From positions 66,900,001 through 66,964,000 of the forward strand of contig CM052817.1 in the NCBI GenBank assembly GCA_028534125.1: a stretch of 64,000 bases of DNA, written 5' to 3'. The position numbers and the translations under genes were made by a program. This stretch comes from Lama glama (Eukaryota). Of the stretch, positions 23,100-36,800 are shown piece by piece. Each line of letters begins with the position of its first letter. Within the stretch, counting starts at the first letter, position 1. The notes below the pieces were generated by a model. The model had not been told where the DNA came from and did no database searches. It saw nothing but the letters and a program-made list of their open reading frames with translations.

Positions 23100-24965
23100 C
23101 AGGCTGCTGAGTATTGCTGGCAACCAATCAATCAATCAAAAATCAATGCATCTCCACTTAATTGTACTCCTTAGCAACTCTTGCTGTCTACCAGACACCC
23201 TTTCCATGTGGGTCTGTGATCAGTTCCCAGCTATTTCTCAGTTCTCTTTGTTTTCCATCTTCCTTTTTATGCTCAACATACTATATTGTTTCCAATTTAT
23301 CTGACAAAATTAAAACCATCAGCTAAGAATTTCACATTTCTGTTCATTTCATCCATTTTTTAGTCATTTCTTATTGTCTCTGTGGAGGTGATTTACTTCT
23401 TTTATCTGTACTGCCTGTTCTTTCAACAATTCCTCTCTCTTCTTTTCTCTTGAACACCTCTTTAGGACTGAGACATCCAAGAATCTATATAAAAAGCCCT
23501 TTCCTGACTGCATTCTGATTTAGTTACCACTTTATCTCTCTTCTTTTATTCCTAGGTGATCTTTTTAAACGAAATATTTATTTGTCAGTGCTCTGTCCTA
23601 TCAATTACCTGCATGTTAAGCCACATTTTCACTTTCCATCCTCAATTTTCTTGACCTCTCTGTAGCATTAGCATCTGACATTTGCGTTAGCTTCCTAGGG
23701 CTGTCATAACACGTTACCGCAAATGGAATGGCTTAAACAACAGAATTTATTCTCTCACAGTTTGGGAGGTTAGGAATCTGAAAACAGTGAGCAAGGCTGT
23801 TGTTGTTGTTGTTGTTGTTTTTCTGGAAGCTGCGAGGGAGAATCTGTTCCATGCCTTCTCTCTCCTAGTTTCTGTTGGTTGCTGGCAATCTTCAGTGTTC
23901 CTGGATTTATAGATACATTACTCCAATCTCTGCTGTCCTCACATGATATTCTCCTTGTGGGTCTTTACATCACTTTCCCTGTGTGTTTTTCTGCGTCCAC
24001 ATCACACTTTTCTCTTAAAGTCATCAGTTACTGGATTAAGACCAACCCCAAACTAATAGACCTCGTCTTCTGCAGTCACTTCAGCCTCTACAGTACCCAA
24101 ACTGAACTCACCTTCAAGGTCTTAAACCTTTTCTTTCCATTTTTCCCATGGTGATAAGGAAATGAATCTGGCTGAATTTAGTTCCCCAAACTAGGAACTG
24201 GGGAATTATTCTAGATTTCTTTGCATTTTTCTTTCTCCCCTTGTTCCACAAATCCAGTCACTTACCAACTCTGGTAGAGTCAGCATTCTTGGAAGTTCTT
24301 ACGTCATCTGTTCTTACTTCTATTCTCACTGATACTTTCCTACTTTAAATTTCTATTAATTCTGTGGATTCTGTGACAGGCTCATGATGGATCACTTTGA
24401 TGAATGGATCACCGCTGATTTTAGTCAGCATCGTACCTGTCAGCTCTGCTTGGCAATGGTTTAGAGAGATCTTTCTAAACAAAAAATTAGATGAATTGTC
24501 TTCCTGCCAAAAATCTTTCAGTGGAAATCAAAAAGTCCCTTCGATACTAGGTCCCTGTTTGCTTCTTTATCTTTTCCTTCTTCCTTTCCTGGTTCTTCAC
24601 TTCAGCATCTAGAACTACGGGCAATTCTTCCAGCATATCTTATTCTTTTACACATCATGTTTTCACAGTTCTGATTCCTCTTCCGGGAATACCTTTTCCC
24701 TTCCTACAATTTGTCACCTATTCTTTAGATTTTGTTTTGATTATTTCTTTTTTGAAGAAACTTCCTATCATGGGGCAGTCCATCATAGTACCCTGTTTAT
24801 GTCATTATCTTGGCTCTTCTTACACCATCTTGTAATTACTGATTTACCTGTATGTCTCCCCAGCTAAGATATAAGACATTTAAGAGCCAAGTATGAACTT
24901 TATTCAGCTGGCTACCTGAGAACCTATACCAAGTGTATGTAAATGGAATCAGTAAATGCTTAACA
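23100..24965 (+). mobile_element. Long degenerate LINE-2 interrupted by an MLT1 LTR
   Basis: Pyrimidine-rich L2 motifs (cttgacctctctgtagcatt; ccaaactgaactca; aaatccagtcacttaccaa; agagagatctttctaaac; tcagtaaatgctt). Confidence 0.7.
23683..24070 (-). mobile_element. MLT1 (MLT1C/D-like) LTR, partial, with internal (TTG)n
   Basis: tgcgttagcttcctagggctgtcataaca...ggcttaaacaacagaatttattctctcacagtt...gagggagaatctgttccatgcc. Confidence 0.85.
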
Positions 24966-27849
24966 CTAAATTATTTAAAAACACATTTGGTTTATAAAAT
25001 TAAGACCTTTCAGAAGTAAAGTTTATTTTATTGGATTTGTTATTTATAGGTGAAATTTATGTTGTATTGAAAATGGTTATTTTAGAAGTTAATTTGTATT
25101 TTAAATATTAGGAAGAAATAATTCTATGATTTATGTAGGAAAATACACTGATATGTTTTATATAAGAAGTAATATACTGGTCTTTTCCCCTTTCCCTTGC
25201 CCTAATGAGATTAATACTGTCTAACATTATCACTAGATTCACAGAAGATCGTATTAGATTTTATTTTGAAAGTGAGTTTGTAATTATCTCAAGGTACATA
25301 TTCTTGTGCACTTAATAGAATGCCATATTTTATGAAATCATTTGATTTACACACATACACACAGAATATTCAAACATCACATTCATTCCCTACAACAAAA
25401 TACTATATTAAATATTCACAGAACTTCAGTTTTTATTTCTCTTTCGTATAAAATATATAATAGAAAATGGGGATTTTCTTCTATTGCTGAGTAACTTCAC
25501 TAAAAATATTTCTTTCATACCCTCTAATTACATATTAATAGAAATAAATAATAAGTATCCACAATTATTCATTCTATTTACCAGGTTACTGGTAACATCT
25601 CCAATTCTTGTGTGTATTTTCCCTGTCAAATTTCAGGCCAAGAAATGTGATACAAATATTTATAGTTCACATTTCAAACAGTGAGTTTGAGAAAGCTTTG
25701 TACATTAAGTCAGCTGAGAAGGTTTTGCAAAATCTCAGTAAAGAAAAATTGTATAATTCCACTACACTGATTGGTAATGTAAGAAATTAAATTATTTGGA
25801 AGTATACTTGGTTTCCCAGAATCTCCAAATGAATCACTTGTAGAAGGGAGACTATAATAGTTTCTGATACATGATACAGAGAGCTATATTAATTTTATAT
25901 ATAATTAACTTTTCCTGAAAATGTGCAATTTTCATAAAAGAGAACCTAAAATTATCTTTCTTGTTTTGCTCATTTTTGTCATTTTTTTTCTTGTGATTCA
26001 GTTCTTGTGCTCATATTATGTGGAATGGGTTTTCATCCATGTGGTTAACTGCTTCCTCTACTACTTCTATATAAAATATAATGACCTACACAGCTTAGGT
26101 AAAAGAATAATAAAATCTTTGAAACACAGTAAAGTATTTTGAATACATATCTCTTATTTCTCTGATGTAATTTTTCTTCTTTCTTTTGTTCCTTTCTTCT
26201 TTCAAAGCAGAATACAACAAATGCTCAAAAATTTGGATATTTATAAACAGATCTTTTTTATAAGCTTTAGTTGAAAAGATGATTTTTTTTTCTGGATCTT
26301 TAAAAGACTTGAAAACTCCAGTGTTGTGGCAAGAAGCTACTCAGCATTCACTCAGTCAGAAAATATTTATTGAGTTTCTGTTGTGTACTAGGTGCTATTT
26401 TAGGTATAGAAATTATACAGGATTTTGCTTTGATGCAACTTACTATGGATTTTTTCTAAATATATTATACCTTTTTCTTAGGGACAGATATTATGAAATA
26501 TTTTATCAGCTACTTTTTAAAGATTGATTTTACATTTAATTTAATTAAATAGCTGTTATTTATGGAGCATTTATTCTGAAAGGCTCTGTACTGACATAAA
26601 TCTTAACTTTATCCTTAAACACTACTAAAGTACCTGAGGTACCTACTTTACAGAAACAAAAGCAGAGACTTCAGGAGGTTAATTTGTCCAAGACACAGAG
26701 ATGGTAAATGGAGGGAGAAACTTCGCAGTATAAAGAAATGGACTCACTTGCAATGTTTGAAAAAATTTAATGTTGAAGATAATATTTAAAAAGAGCTTTA
26801 AATTGCAGAATGACAACTCATCTGTTGTTTATAGCTCTTACAAACCAAGAACTGGGTGTGAAGCAATTAAAAAAAAAAAGAGCAAATCCCTCTCCCCTTC
26901 AAAATAGCAAGCAGTCTTAAAATAATAACCCAAAATACTGATGTATAAATTATTAAGGAAGTAGAAATTGGTATCCTATAAAGCAATATATATCAAGGAT
27001 CTTAATTATAACTATCACAGTCTTTGAGTCCAGTAATTTCCCTCCTAGTGATTTGATCTAAGGAAATAGCCAGAAATTTAGACAAAAATTTATGTGCAAG
27101 AATGTATAGTGGCACAATATTTATGAAGTCAAAATGTAAAGGCATACATGTAAAATAATTTTGGCATGTTTGAACTTGGTATCTTCAAAGAAGAGTTTTA
27201 TCCTGTCACTTGAAGAGCATATTTTAAATGTTCTAAAATTAGACAGAAATGATGGTTGTACCACACTGTGAATGTACTAAATAACACTGAACTGTGTACT
27301 TTAAAATGACTTAAATGTGGATTTTATGTTTTGTGAATTTTGCCTAAAATTTTAAAACATAAAATTTTATGTTATGTGAATCTTACTTAAAACAGGAAAC
27401 TTTATGAAAGAAAAAAAGAGCTAGAGTCAGAAAAATTCATGTCACAATAAAAATTTATACAAAAGAGTCAACTCTAGATGTACTCAATAAAGTTACTCGA
27501 CCACTTGGTCTCTAGATAAGGAAATAATATTATATGTTGCAGGCAAAAAATAAATCACCCATAGATTTAATAAATCATTCTGGTCTCAGAATTTAAATGA
27601 TAACATTGCCTGCTGGAATAGAGTTGAAGAATTCTTTAAAAATTCTTAGGGAAATAAAACTGTGTTTGAAAAATTTATCTCGTTGATTAAACTCTTTTTC
27701 AAATGTTAAGATAATAGAAAGACATTTTTAAATACACAGGGTCTCAGGTATAGCACTGATGAGTGTCTCGTAGAAGACAAACAGAACTCCAAGAAACCAA
27801 CAAACAAGCAGACAAAAATGCAAATAGATAATCTGTTTGGAATTAAAAC

Positions 27850-29080
27850 CAAACCTCTTAGAATAAAACATAGGCAAAACATTATCTGACATAAATCTTA
27901 GCAACGTTCTCTTAGGGCAGTCTACCCAGGCAATAGAAATAAAAGCAAAAGTAAACAAGTGGGACCTAGTTAAACTTATAAGCTTTTGCACAGCAAAGGA
28001 AACCACAAACAAAACAAAAGGACAACCTATAGAATGGGAGAAAATATTTGCAAAAGATGAGACTGACAAGGGCTTAATTTCCAGAAAATATAAACAGCTC
28101 ATACAACTTAATAATAAAACACAAACAACCCAGTCCAAAAATGGGCAGAGGACCTAAACAATCAGTTCTCCAATGAAGACATACAAATGGCCAATAGGCA
28201 CGTGAAAAAATACTCAGTATCGCTAATTGAAAAATGAAAATCCAAACTACAATGAGGTATCACCTCACACTAGTCAGAATGACCATCATTCAAAAGTCCA
28301 CAAATGATAAATACTGGACAGGGTGTGGAGAAAAGGAACCCTCCTACACTTTTGGTGGAATGTAGTTTGGTGCAACCATTATGGAAAACAGTATGGAGAT
28401 TTCCTCAAAAGACAAAAAATAGACTTACTGTATGATCCAGCAATCCCATTTCTGGGCATGTACACAGAAGGAACTCTAATTTGAAGATACATGAATCCCA
28501 ATGTTCATAGTAGCACTATTTACAATAGCCAAGATGTGGAAACAACCTAAGTATCCATCAATAGATGACTGGATAAAGAAGGTGTGGTATATTTATACAA
28601 TGAAATACTACTCAACCATAAAAAAGAATAAAATAATGCCATTTGCAGCAACATGGATGAACCTGGAGACTGTCACTCTAAGTGAAGTAAGCCAGAAAGA
28701 GAAGGAAAAATACCATATGATGTCACTTATATGTGGAATCTGAGAAAAAAAAAAGACAAATGAACTTATTTACAAAACAGAAATAGAGACATAGAAAACA
28801 AACTTATGGTTACCTGGGGTGGTGGGGGTGGGAAGGGATAAATTGGGAGTTCGAGGTTTGCAGATACTAACTACTATATATAAAATAGATAAACAACAAG
28901 TTTATACTGTATAGCACAGGAAACTATATTCAATATCTTGTAGTAACCTATAATGAAAAAGAATATGGAAATGAATATATGTATGTATATGTATGACTGA
29001 ACTATTATGCTGTACAACAGAAATTGGCACAACATCTTAATCCTTCAATAAAACAAAACAACATAAACAAACAAACAAAA
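27850..29080 (+). mobile_element. 5'-truncated lineage-specific L1 (ORF2 C-terminus + 3' UTR + A-rich tail), inactivated
   Basis: ORF2 remnant MFIVALFTIAKMWKQPKYPSIDDWIKKVWYIYTMKYY...PFAATWMNLE (28501-28743); AATAAA followed by an (AAAC)n tail. Confidence 0.95.
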
Positions 29081-31181
29081 TGCAGTCAACAAAAGCAGAC
29101 TAGAATAGTTATGGTTTAAAGGCTGGGACTGTAGACTAGACCATATGGATATGATCCATAGTGATAACTCCAAAGTGGTTGATATCGTCAGTGCCAATGT
29201 TTTTAAACATACACATGCATAACATAGTCAGAGATGTGGGGATTAGCTACTACACTCTAAAGAGCAAATCACAATATCAAAGTCACCCTTGAGAATCCTC
29301 TGTATCACTTATAAAGTATAATATGTGTGCACACCGTTTTTCCTAAGGAATAAAATAGCTAGTCTTCAAACTGGAATATATTGCTGCTGCTTCAGTTTAG
29401 CACAAGATAAAGTATTACATTGTATTCAGGGTCTAGATGATATAAAATGCACATTTAAACACTAGAATCATACTTATTTGTACAAAACAGTGAGAGCTGA
29501 GAATGACTGAATCAAAGGTTCACGTCTCCTACCGCCTCTTCTCCCTCAATAACTAAATGAAGGAAATGAGAAGTGTATTATCTGAACAACGTAGATCACA
29601 TCTCTCCTTCCTTTCTTTTCTCCCTGCCTCTCATTCCATTTTTTACTTTCTTTATTTTCCAGGTTTATTTATTGAAATTTCAGAAAATTAAATGCATATA
29701 TGATGTAATTCCATAGTATTATATGGTGATGATAATTTTGCCGCGTGAAGTCTTACTCTCAAGTAGCTTGGAGACAATTTTCCAAAGAAACAAAAACATA
29801 TTCATACAAGTTAATTTAAAAAAGTAATTCTAGTAACCTTGGGATTTGTTTATATTTTTGTGTAAGAGGAGAAAGGGTTCTTGTCAAGTAAGTATGGGGT
29901 GGTAGATCAAACGTGTTGATTATCTGCAAACTTTGGAATTTCCCATGTTATTGCAAGACATACAGGAGACTAACTTAAGAGAAAAATTAATCTTTCATAA
30001 CTTATTAAAGTATCTATACTCGAAATGTAAGGACTGCTGAATTTGAGGGGGAGCGGTTGGGTAATTTAGCTTCTTTTTAGTCCTCAAAATAAGAGCTCCT
30101 TGGAGAGCTCCTCTCTGTTAATTGAATCAAAGTTAATCAGTACAATTGTAGGAGTGCATGATTGGTGTATAATTTCTGTGCCACACATTCATTTACTATC
30201 ATTTAAAGGAGGAATCAGAAAGTAGTGTGTATAGGAGCTGCTGATACCTTTATTTGCATATGCTTCATTTATGGTTGGCATAATTTTTCATTTGAAATAT
30301 GATCACTGCATAAGCACCACAGAAATGGAAGTATATTAAAGAGAAAATAGGTCAAATTTGTTCATAATAGTGTGCAGAATTTTCTGGATGCACATTTATT
30401 CCCAAATGTTCTTAGTGGTCTAAGAAGATTTCTAATATAATCTATAATCAAATCAGCATTTGACATGGTTTAATCTAAATATGGTTTAGATTAAAAATTC
30501 AAATATAACTAACTCTCAGGTACAAATTACATTCTAATCTTTGTACTATTATATGCTGACTAGTGTGGTATTCTACAGATTATTGATTAAGAGCTGAAAA
30601 GAAAGAACATACTGTCAATTATGTATCTTTATTGATTTAGAAATTACACATATCACATGATTGCACTAATATATTACATACATTTAAAATATTCAAAAAT
30701 TAAAAGGAAAGATGAGGCCATTGACAATAGTTTTAAAAATATATGTGTAGCATCTTAGTATGTAATCTCTGTTCACAAAGTGTAGCTTTCGTCATGGGTA
30801 TGAAAATTCTCTTTACTTCCATAATTAATTTAAAATTATATAATGATGCTGCATAGGCACTTCCCTCACAACCTCTACAAAATAGTTAGCAACACTGCTA
30901 CTTCCGTGGCTACCTTTACAGTTGGGAGTCAACAGGTGTATCTAGAAATGACCGTCCTAGCTTTTATAGTATTGATATACTTTCTAATTGATTGAAATGT
31001 ACATATTTTCCCTCTTTCTTCCCATAAAGTCCTATCTTCTTCCCTGGGAACTTTTGGACTTCTTTAGTATTTCAACAGTTAAAGATATTATACTTGATAG
31101 TGAAGTATCTGTAGGTGCTAGTTCACATATGATTGGCAAATGAGGGAATGAGAACTCTATATTGGGAAGTTGGTACATTTT

Positions 31182-31606
31182 AAACACTTTTATTGTAGTA
31201 TAATTCCTTTATAGTAAAATACATATTTCAAATGTAAAATTTGATGAATTTTGATAGATGTATACACCTATGAAACCATCACCACAATTAAGATAGCTAA
31301 CATTTCCATCACTCCCCAAAAGGTACAAATTTCAAACTCCTGATTTATCCCTTCTTACCCCCTTTAAACCCTGGTATCCATAAGCTTGTTCTCCGCGTTT
31401 GTGAGTCTATTTCTGTTTTGTAGGTAAGTTCATTTGTGGCCTTTTTTAAAGATTCCACATATAAGCAATATCACATGGTATTTTTCTTTCTGTTTCTGGC
31501 TTATTTTGCTTAGAATGACAATCTCCAGGTCCATCCATGTTGCTGCAAATGACATTATTTTATTTTATTTTTATGGCTGAGTGGTATTCCATTGTGTGTG
31601 TATACA

Positions 31607-31641
<35 letters not shown>

Positions 31642-33394
31642 CACATCTTTTTTATCCAGTCATCTGTCAGTGGACATTTAGATTGTTTCCATGTCTTGGC
31701 TATCGTAAATAGTGCTTCTCTGAATATTGGGGTGCATGTGTGTTTTTGAATTATGTTTTTCTCCAGATATATGTCCAGGAGTGGGATTGCTGGATCATAT
31801 GGTAAGTCTATTTTTAGTTTTTTAAGGAACCTCCATACTGTCCTCCATAGTGGCTGCAGCAATTTACATTCCCACCAACAGTGTAGGAGGGTTTCCTTTT
31901 CTCCACACTCTCTCCAGCATTTATCATTTTTGAACATTTTAATGATGGCCATTCTGACTGGTGTGAGGTAATATCTCACGGTAGTTTTGATTTGGTTTTC
32001 TCTAACAATTAGTGATACTGAGCATCTTTTCATGAGCTTGTTGGCCATCTGGATGTCTTCTTTGGAGAGATGTCTATTTAGGTCTTCTGCCCATTTTTTG
32101 ATTGGTTTGCTTGGTTTTTTGATACTGAGTTGTATGAGCTGTTTGTATTTTGGAAATTAGTTACTTGTTAGTTGCATAATTTGCAAATATTTTCTCCCAT
32201 TGTAGGTTGTCTTTTCGTTTTGCTGATGTATCCTTAGCTGTGTTGAAGCTTTTAAGCTTAACTAGGTCCCATTTGTTTATTTTTTCCTTTTATTTCCACT
32301 ACTCTAGGAGCTGGTTCAAAAAAACTATTGCTGTTCTTTATGTCCAAGAGTGTTCTGCCTATGTTTTCCTCTAGGAGTTTTATAGTATCTAGTCTTACAT
32401 TTAGTTCTTTAATCCACTTTGGGTTTATCTTTGTATATGGTGTTAGAGTATGTTCTAATTTCAGTTTTTTACAGGTAGCTGTCTAGTTTTCCCAGCACCA
32501 CTTATTGAAGAGACTATCTTTTCTCCATTGTATATTCTTGCCTCCTTTGTTGTGGATTAATTGACCATAAGTGTGGGTTTATTTCTGGACTTTCTATCCT
32601 GTTCCATTGATCTATCTATGTGTCTGTTTTTGTGCCAGAATCATACTGTTTTGACGGCAGTATAGTCTGAAGTTAGGGAGCATGATTCCCCTAGCTCCAT
32701 TCTCCTTTTTCAAGACTATTTTGGATATTTGGGGTTTTTTTGTGTGTGTGTTTCCATACAAATTTTAACATTTTTTAATTCTGGCTCTGTGGAAAATGTT
32801 ATTGGTCATTTGATAGAGATTGCATTGTACCTGTATATTTCCTTGGGTAGTATGGCCATTTTAACAATATTGATTCTTCCAATACAGGAACACAATATAT
32901 CTTTCCATTTGTTTATGTTGTCTTCAATTTCTTTCATCGATGTCTTATAGTTTTCAGAGTACGGGTCCTTTGCCTCCTTGGGTAGATTTATTCTTAGGTA
33001 TTTTATTCTTTTTGTTGTGATGGTAAATGGTATTGTTTCCTTAATTTATTTCTTTGCTATTCTGTTGTTAGTGTATAGAAATACAACTGATTTCTCTATA
33101 TGAATTTTGTATCCTGCAACTTTACCAAATTCATTGAGGGACTCTAGTAGTTTTTTTGTCACTTCTTTAGGACTTTCCACGTATAGTATCATGTCATCCA
33201 CAAACAGTGACAGTTTTACTCCTTCTGTTCCAATTTGGATTCCTTTTATTTCTTTTTTTACTCTGATTGCTATGGCTAGAACTTCCAAAACTATGTTGAA
33301 TAAAAGTGGTGAGAGCGGGCATCCTTGTCTTGTTCTTGATTTTAGAGGAAGTGCTTTCAGCTTTTCACCATTAAGTATGATGTTAGCTGTTGGA
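31182..33394 (-). mobile_element. L1 composite: younger L1 ORF2/3' UTR (about 31325-33394) joined to an ancient L1M-type 3' terminus (about 31185-31323)
   Basis: ORF2 RT remnant ([30 protein letters not shown]) and C-terminal remnant ([12 protein letters not shown]). Flanking repeat GAAGTTGGTACA(T/C)TTT at 31166-31181 and 33395-33410. Internal (TG)n near 31593-31639. Confidence 0.93.
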
Positions 33395-33684
33395 GAAGTT
33401 GGTACACTTTAAATATGTGCTGAGGCTGCCTCCAGTCATGCTGAGCAACCTGCTTCAGTAGTCCAAAATCTCTTTCTTAGTACTGACTGGAACTTTTCTT
33501 AATGCTCTTGTAATTAAACTGGATAAAATTTAAGAGGTGTCACTAGTCCTTTTTCCCCATATGTGCTAATTTTTGAAATGTAAGTTTTTCCCTGAATCAG
33601 ACTCTTTCAGAAACATATATAATGGAATTATAGTAGAAATATGTATAATCTAATAAATAATATACATAGTGCCATAATTGTTAT

Positions 33685-33810
33685 TAATATCTCTATTTTA
33701 TGAGTGAGGAAGCAAACAGAGAAGTAATTTGTAACTTAACTGGCAGGACTAGGATTCAAATCCAGATGTTTCAACAGCATAGTCCATAGTCTTAATCACT
33801 CTCTAGCCTC
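33685..33810 (-). mobile_element. MIR fragment
   Basis: ctctattttatgagtgaggaagc...agagaagtaatttg...ggactaggattcaaatccag...ccatagtcttaatcact. Confidence 0.65.
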
Positions 33811-36800
33811 AATTTAATTGGTAAGTCATTGGAAGAGGCTAATGTGATTTTCTATACAGGAAGTGTTGAATAGACAGGGTGGACAAACAAGCAATACACC
33901 AGTATTTCTTAAAAGCTAGCAAAATGAAAAAGAAAGTAAAGGGGAACGTATTTCAAAATCATTTACATGTTAATTTATATTTAGTTTATATTACGACATC
34001 AATTAGAAATTTTGAATGGAAATGAGTTCTTATCATTTTCTCACAGAAACAAAGCACCTGTGAGGATATTTCATTTGACACTTTCATTATTAATCTGAAA
34101 AATCACAGATTCCTGATAGTATCAAATTACTTGACAGAAAAAGATCAAGGATTCCTAGGGAACAACAGCCAAATATCTAATAATGATAGAATCTAGGATT
34201 TATAAGATTATGTGATCAAGGGCAGGAAATATTTCTCTCTCTCTTTTTCAATTAACAGAAACTCCAATTTTAATTTTACAGTTATATTTTAAGAAAAATA
34301 CATTGTGCAATATATGAATTAAACTGATTTTAACTTGATGCTTAAATATGGGAGAATTATATTAATTTTGAAATAACCCTCACAGTCTCATTATTTTTGT
34401 GGTTTTCTATGGCAAAGCAAAATTCCCAGGGTAGTTGAATCTCTAGGTTCAACATTCTCATAACGTTTTGAAAATGTATTAAATTTATATAAAATAAGCC
34501 AGAATGAGAATCTGAAAAGGCTGAGAAAAATAACATTTAAAAGTCTCTAGGAATAACAACATTTATAAAACAATAAAATGGGAGGTATTATTTTATGTTA
34601 ATGAATATAGATGATTCTAATCCTAGAATCTCTCCTTTGTACCATTGGTCTCCATTTAGTGCAAGATGATTCATTAGGATAGGACATATTCAAACTTTCA
34701 TTATTTTTATTCTTCAGTCTTATCCTTTAACTGCTTTATGTTGTTGATACATATTTTAAAATTTTCATAATGTATTAGTAAAGTAGAACCAAGATATAAA
34801 TTGTGCCTTAATGATTGTGTGTGCACGTGCATGTGCGTGTGCGTGTGCGTGCCCATGCTTGATGCACTAATTTTTCAATTGGTATCTATTATAAAAGATC
34901 TTTATGTTGTATTTCCCTTCCTTGTTCCTTTTCTCCCACTGGCGCGACATTCCCCAGCCACAGAGAAGCTGCCTTGCTTTCTGCCCCTAACAGATTTCCC
35001 CCTGTTAGCTTAAACTAGCAGGACTACAAGGATGCTGGAGTAAAAGAAGACCACACTTACTCTCTTGTTTGTGCCATCTTTCTGAGTCTCAGTGGTAGTA
35101 TGAAAAGTAGGGTTATGTAATAGACTTTTTCTTTACTTCAGGAGATTATGCTTATAATTTCCATTCTGCCTGGCAGATCTTTAATCCCACCCTGATGTCT
35201 TGCATTCTGTTCAGCAGGTATTCTTTGTCCAGAGATTTAAAAATATATTTCTCCAGAAACTTTAGACTAATAGACTTATTGAGATTTTTTCTAGCTTATT
35301 GTGTTAGTATAGATCAAGTATAAGTGAGAGGGGAAACATCTGAGTAGATCATTCTTAAAATGGGAAAATTCTGATCTTAGCCTTTGCACTGATTACCACT
35401 CTTTTTGGGTGCTGCAATTTGTTATTTGACAGCAAAAATTATTGCCTACTGAGCTGTAAATAGGAGTGTTTATGAAACCTTAGAGAGAAACTTGTAAAAA
35501 GATGCAGTTTATTTATAGAAATAACTTTTCAGATAAGAGGCTACAGACTCAATTGTTCTCCCTGGGCTTAGAAGAAAGTGATTTCTTCATCTACGTAAAT
35601 AATTTCCTTAGATGGCTGAAGAAATCAAGGGACAGAAAAATCAACTCTAAGTATTCAGAGGCCTCTTATTTTGGAGAGGCTGCAGAGATCACTTAATCTA
35701 AATCCCTTAGAGACCGGAGCAATTGAGTCACCAGGAGTTGACAAGTCATATGCATTTGTATAGATAAAATGGCTTGGGGGTAGTGAAGAAATTTTTTAAG
35801 TATTGCTGGACACTGGTGCTCAATATACTGTCACACCTAGCTAGTAATTGCTAACTAGTTCTTGGGCTTTAATTAAAACTGCTTCTATTGTTGAATAAAA
35901 TGCAGTTATTTTGAGACTTGATATACTTATTGTGGCCTATGTTATATACGTTCATCATCATGACAGGGTAGTAGGTGCACAGAGGCTTTCCCCAGTAAAT
36001 GGAAATGGTATATGCAAGAACATGCAACAGGGGGAACCACTGAGGGTACTAACCACATAAATGAACATGTAGCTGTTATACTTTGAGTCCTACATTAAAT
36101 CTTCCTAAGAAACTAGCTAATGTTCTGATTAAGTGAGCCGCTCCCGACAATTAGTTATCTGAAGATGCTAAAAATGCAACATGGTTATAGATGTCTCGAG
36201 TGGAAGGTTGTCAGTTCATCTGGAAAGTATCTGTACTGTGACTGTTTGATAGTAATACAGCATAGATTTTTAACATTTATAGGGCAATAGCCAGTGAACC
36301 AGCAATATATCTAGAAAATTAGCCGTACATAACTGATGGAAGGAAGCTCAGTAGTGCTGACAGAGACAATGGATTATAGATTATGGATTTAGAAGGGGAA
36401 AACTTGCCTATTTATTCATCTGTGAGCATTTGTCCATCATCTAGGAAGCTATGGAGGAGTTGGCTGGCTGTCAAACAGGGCTGATAGATATGACTCAGTC
36501 TCTTTGTCCTCACCCTTTTTTTATTTCTTCCCTCTTCAGTATTGCTCCAGCTTCTTTGTTTGATAGTCTAGTAATTTTGATCTTTAATTTCATTTTAATA
36601 TCCCCTGAAGTATAGCTGTTTCAAGAAAATTAATTATCAATTTTCATACACATTATTTGTCTATCTTTTAATATTTTAATCTAGATTTATATATATTGCA
36701 AAATTTATTTCTCATCACTCTTTTTCTTCTTAGTCTTACTCCATCTTCAAGTTTCATGGTTGCATTCCACTTTCAGTCTGTAGATACTATTCATTTATAT

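Noticed and set aside
30604..30618. AGAACA-tac-TGTCAA as a GRE/PRE/ARE
   Set aside because: The second half-site has three mismatches; chance-level match.
31560..33288. RT-like ORFs as an active retroelement
   Set aside because: Fragmented by stops, frameshifts and a microsatellite; 5'-truncated.
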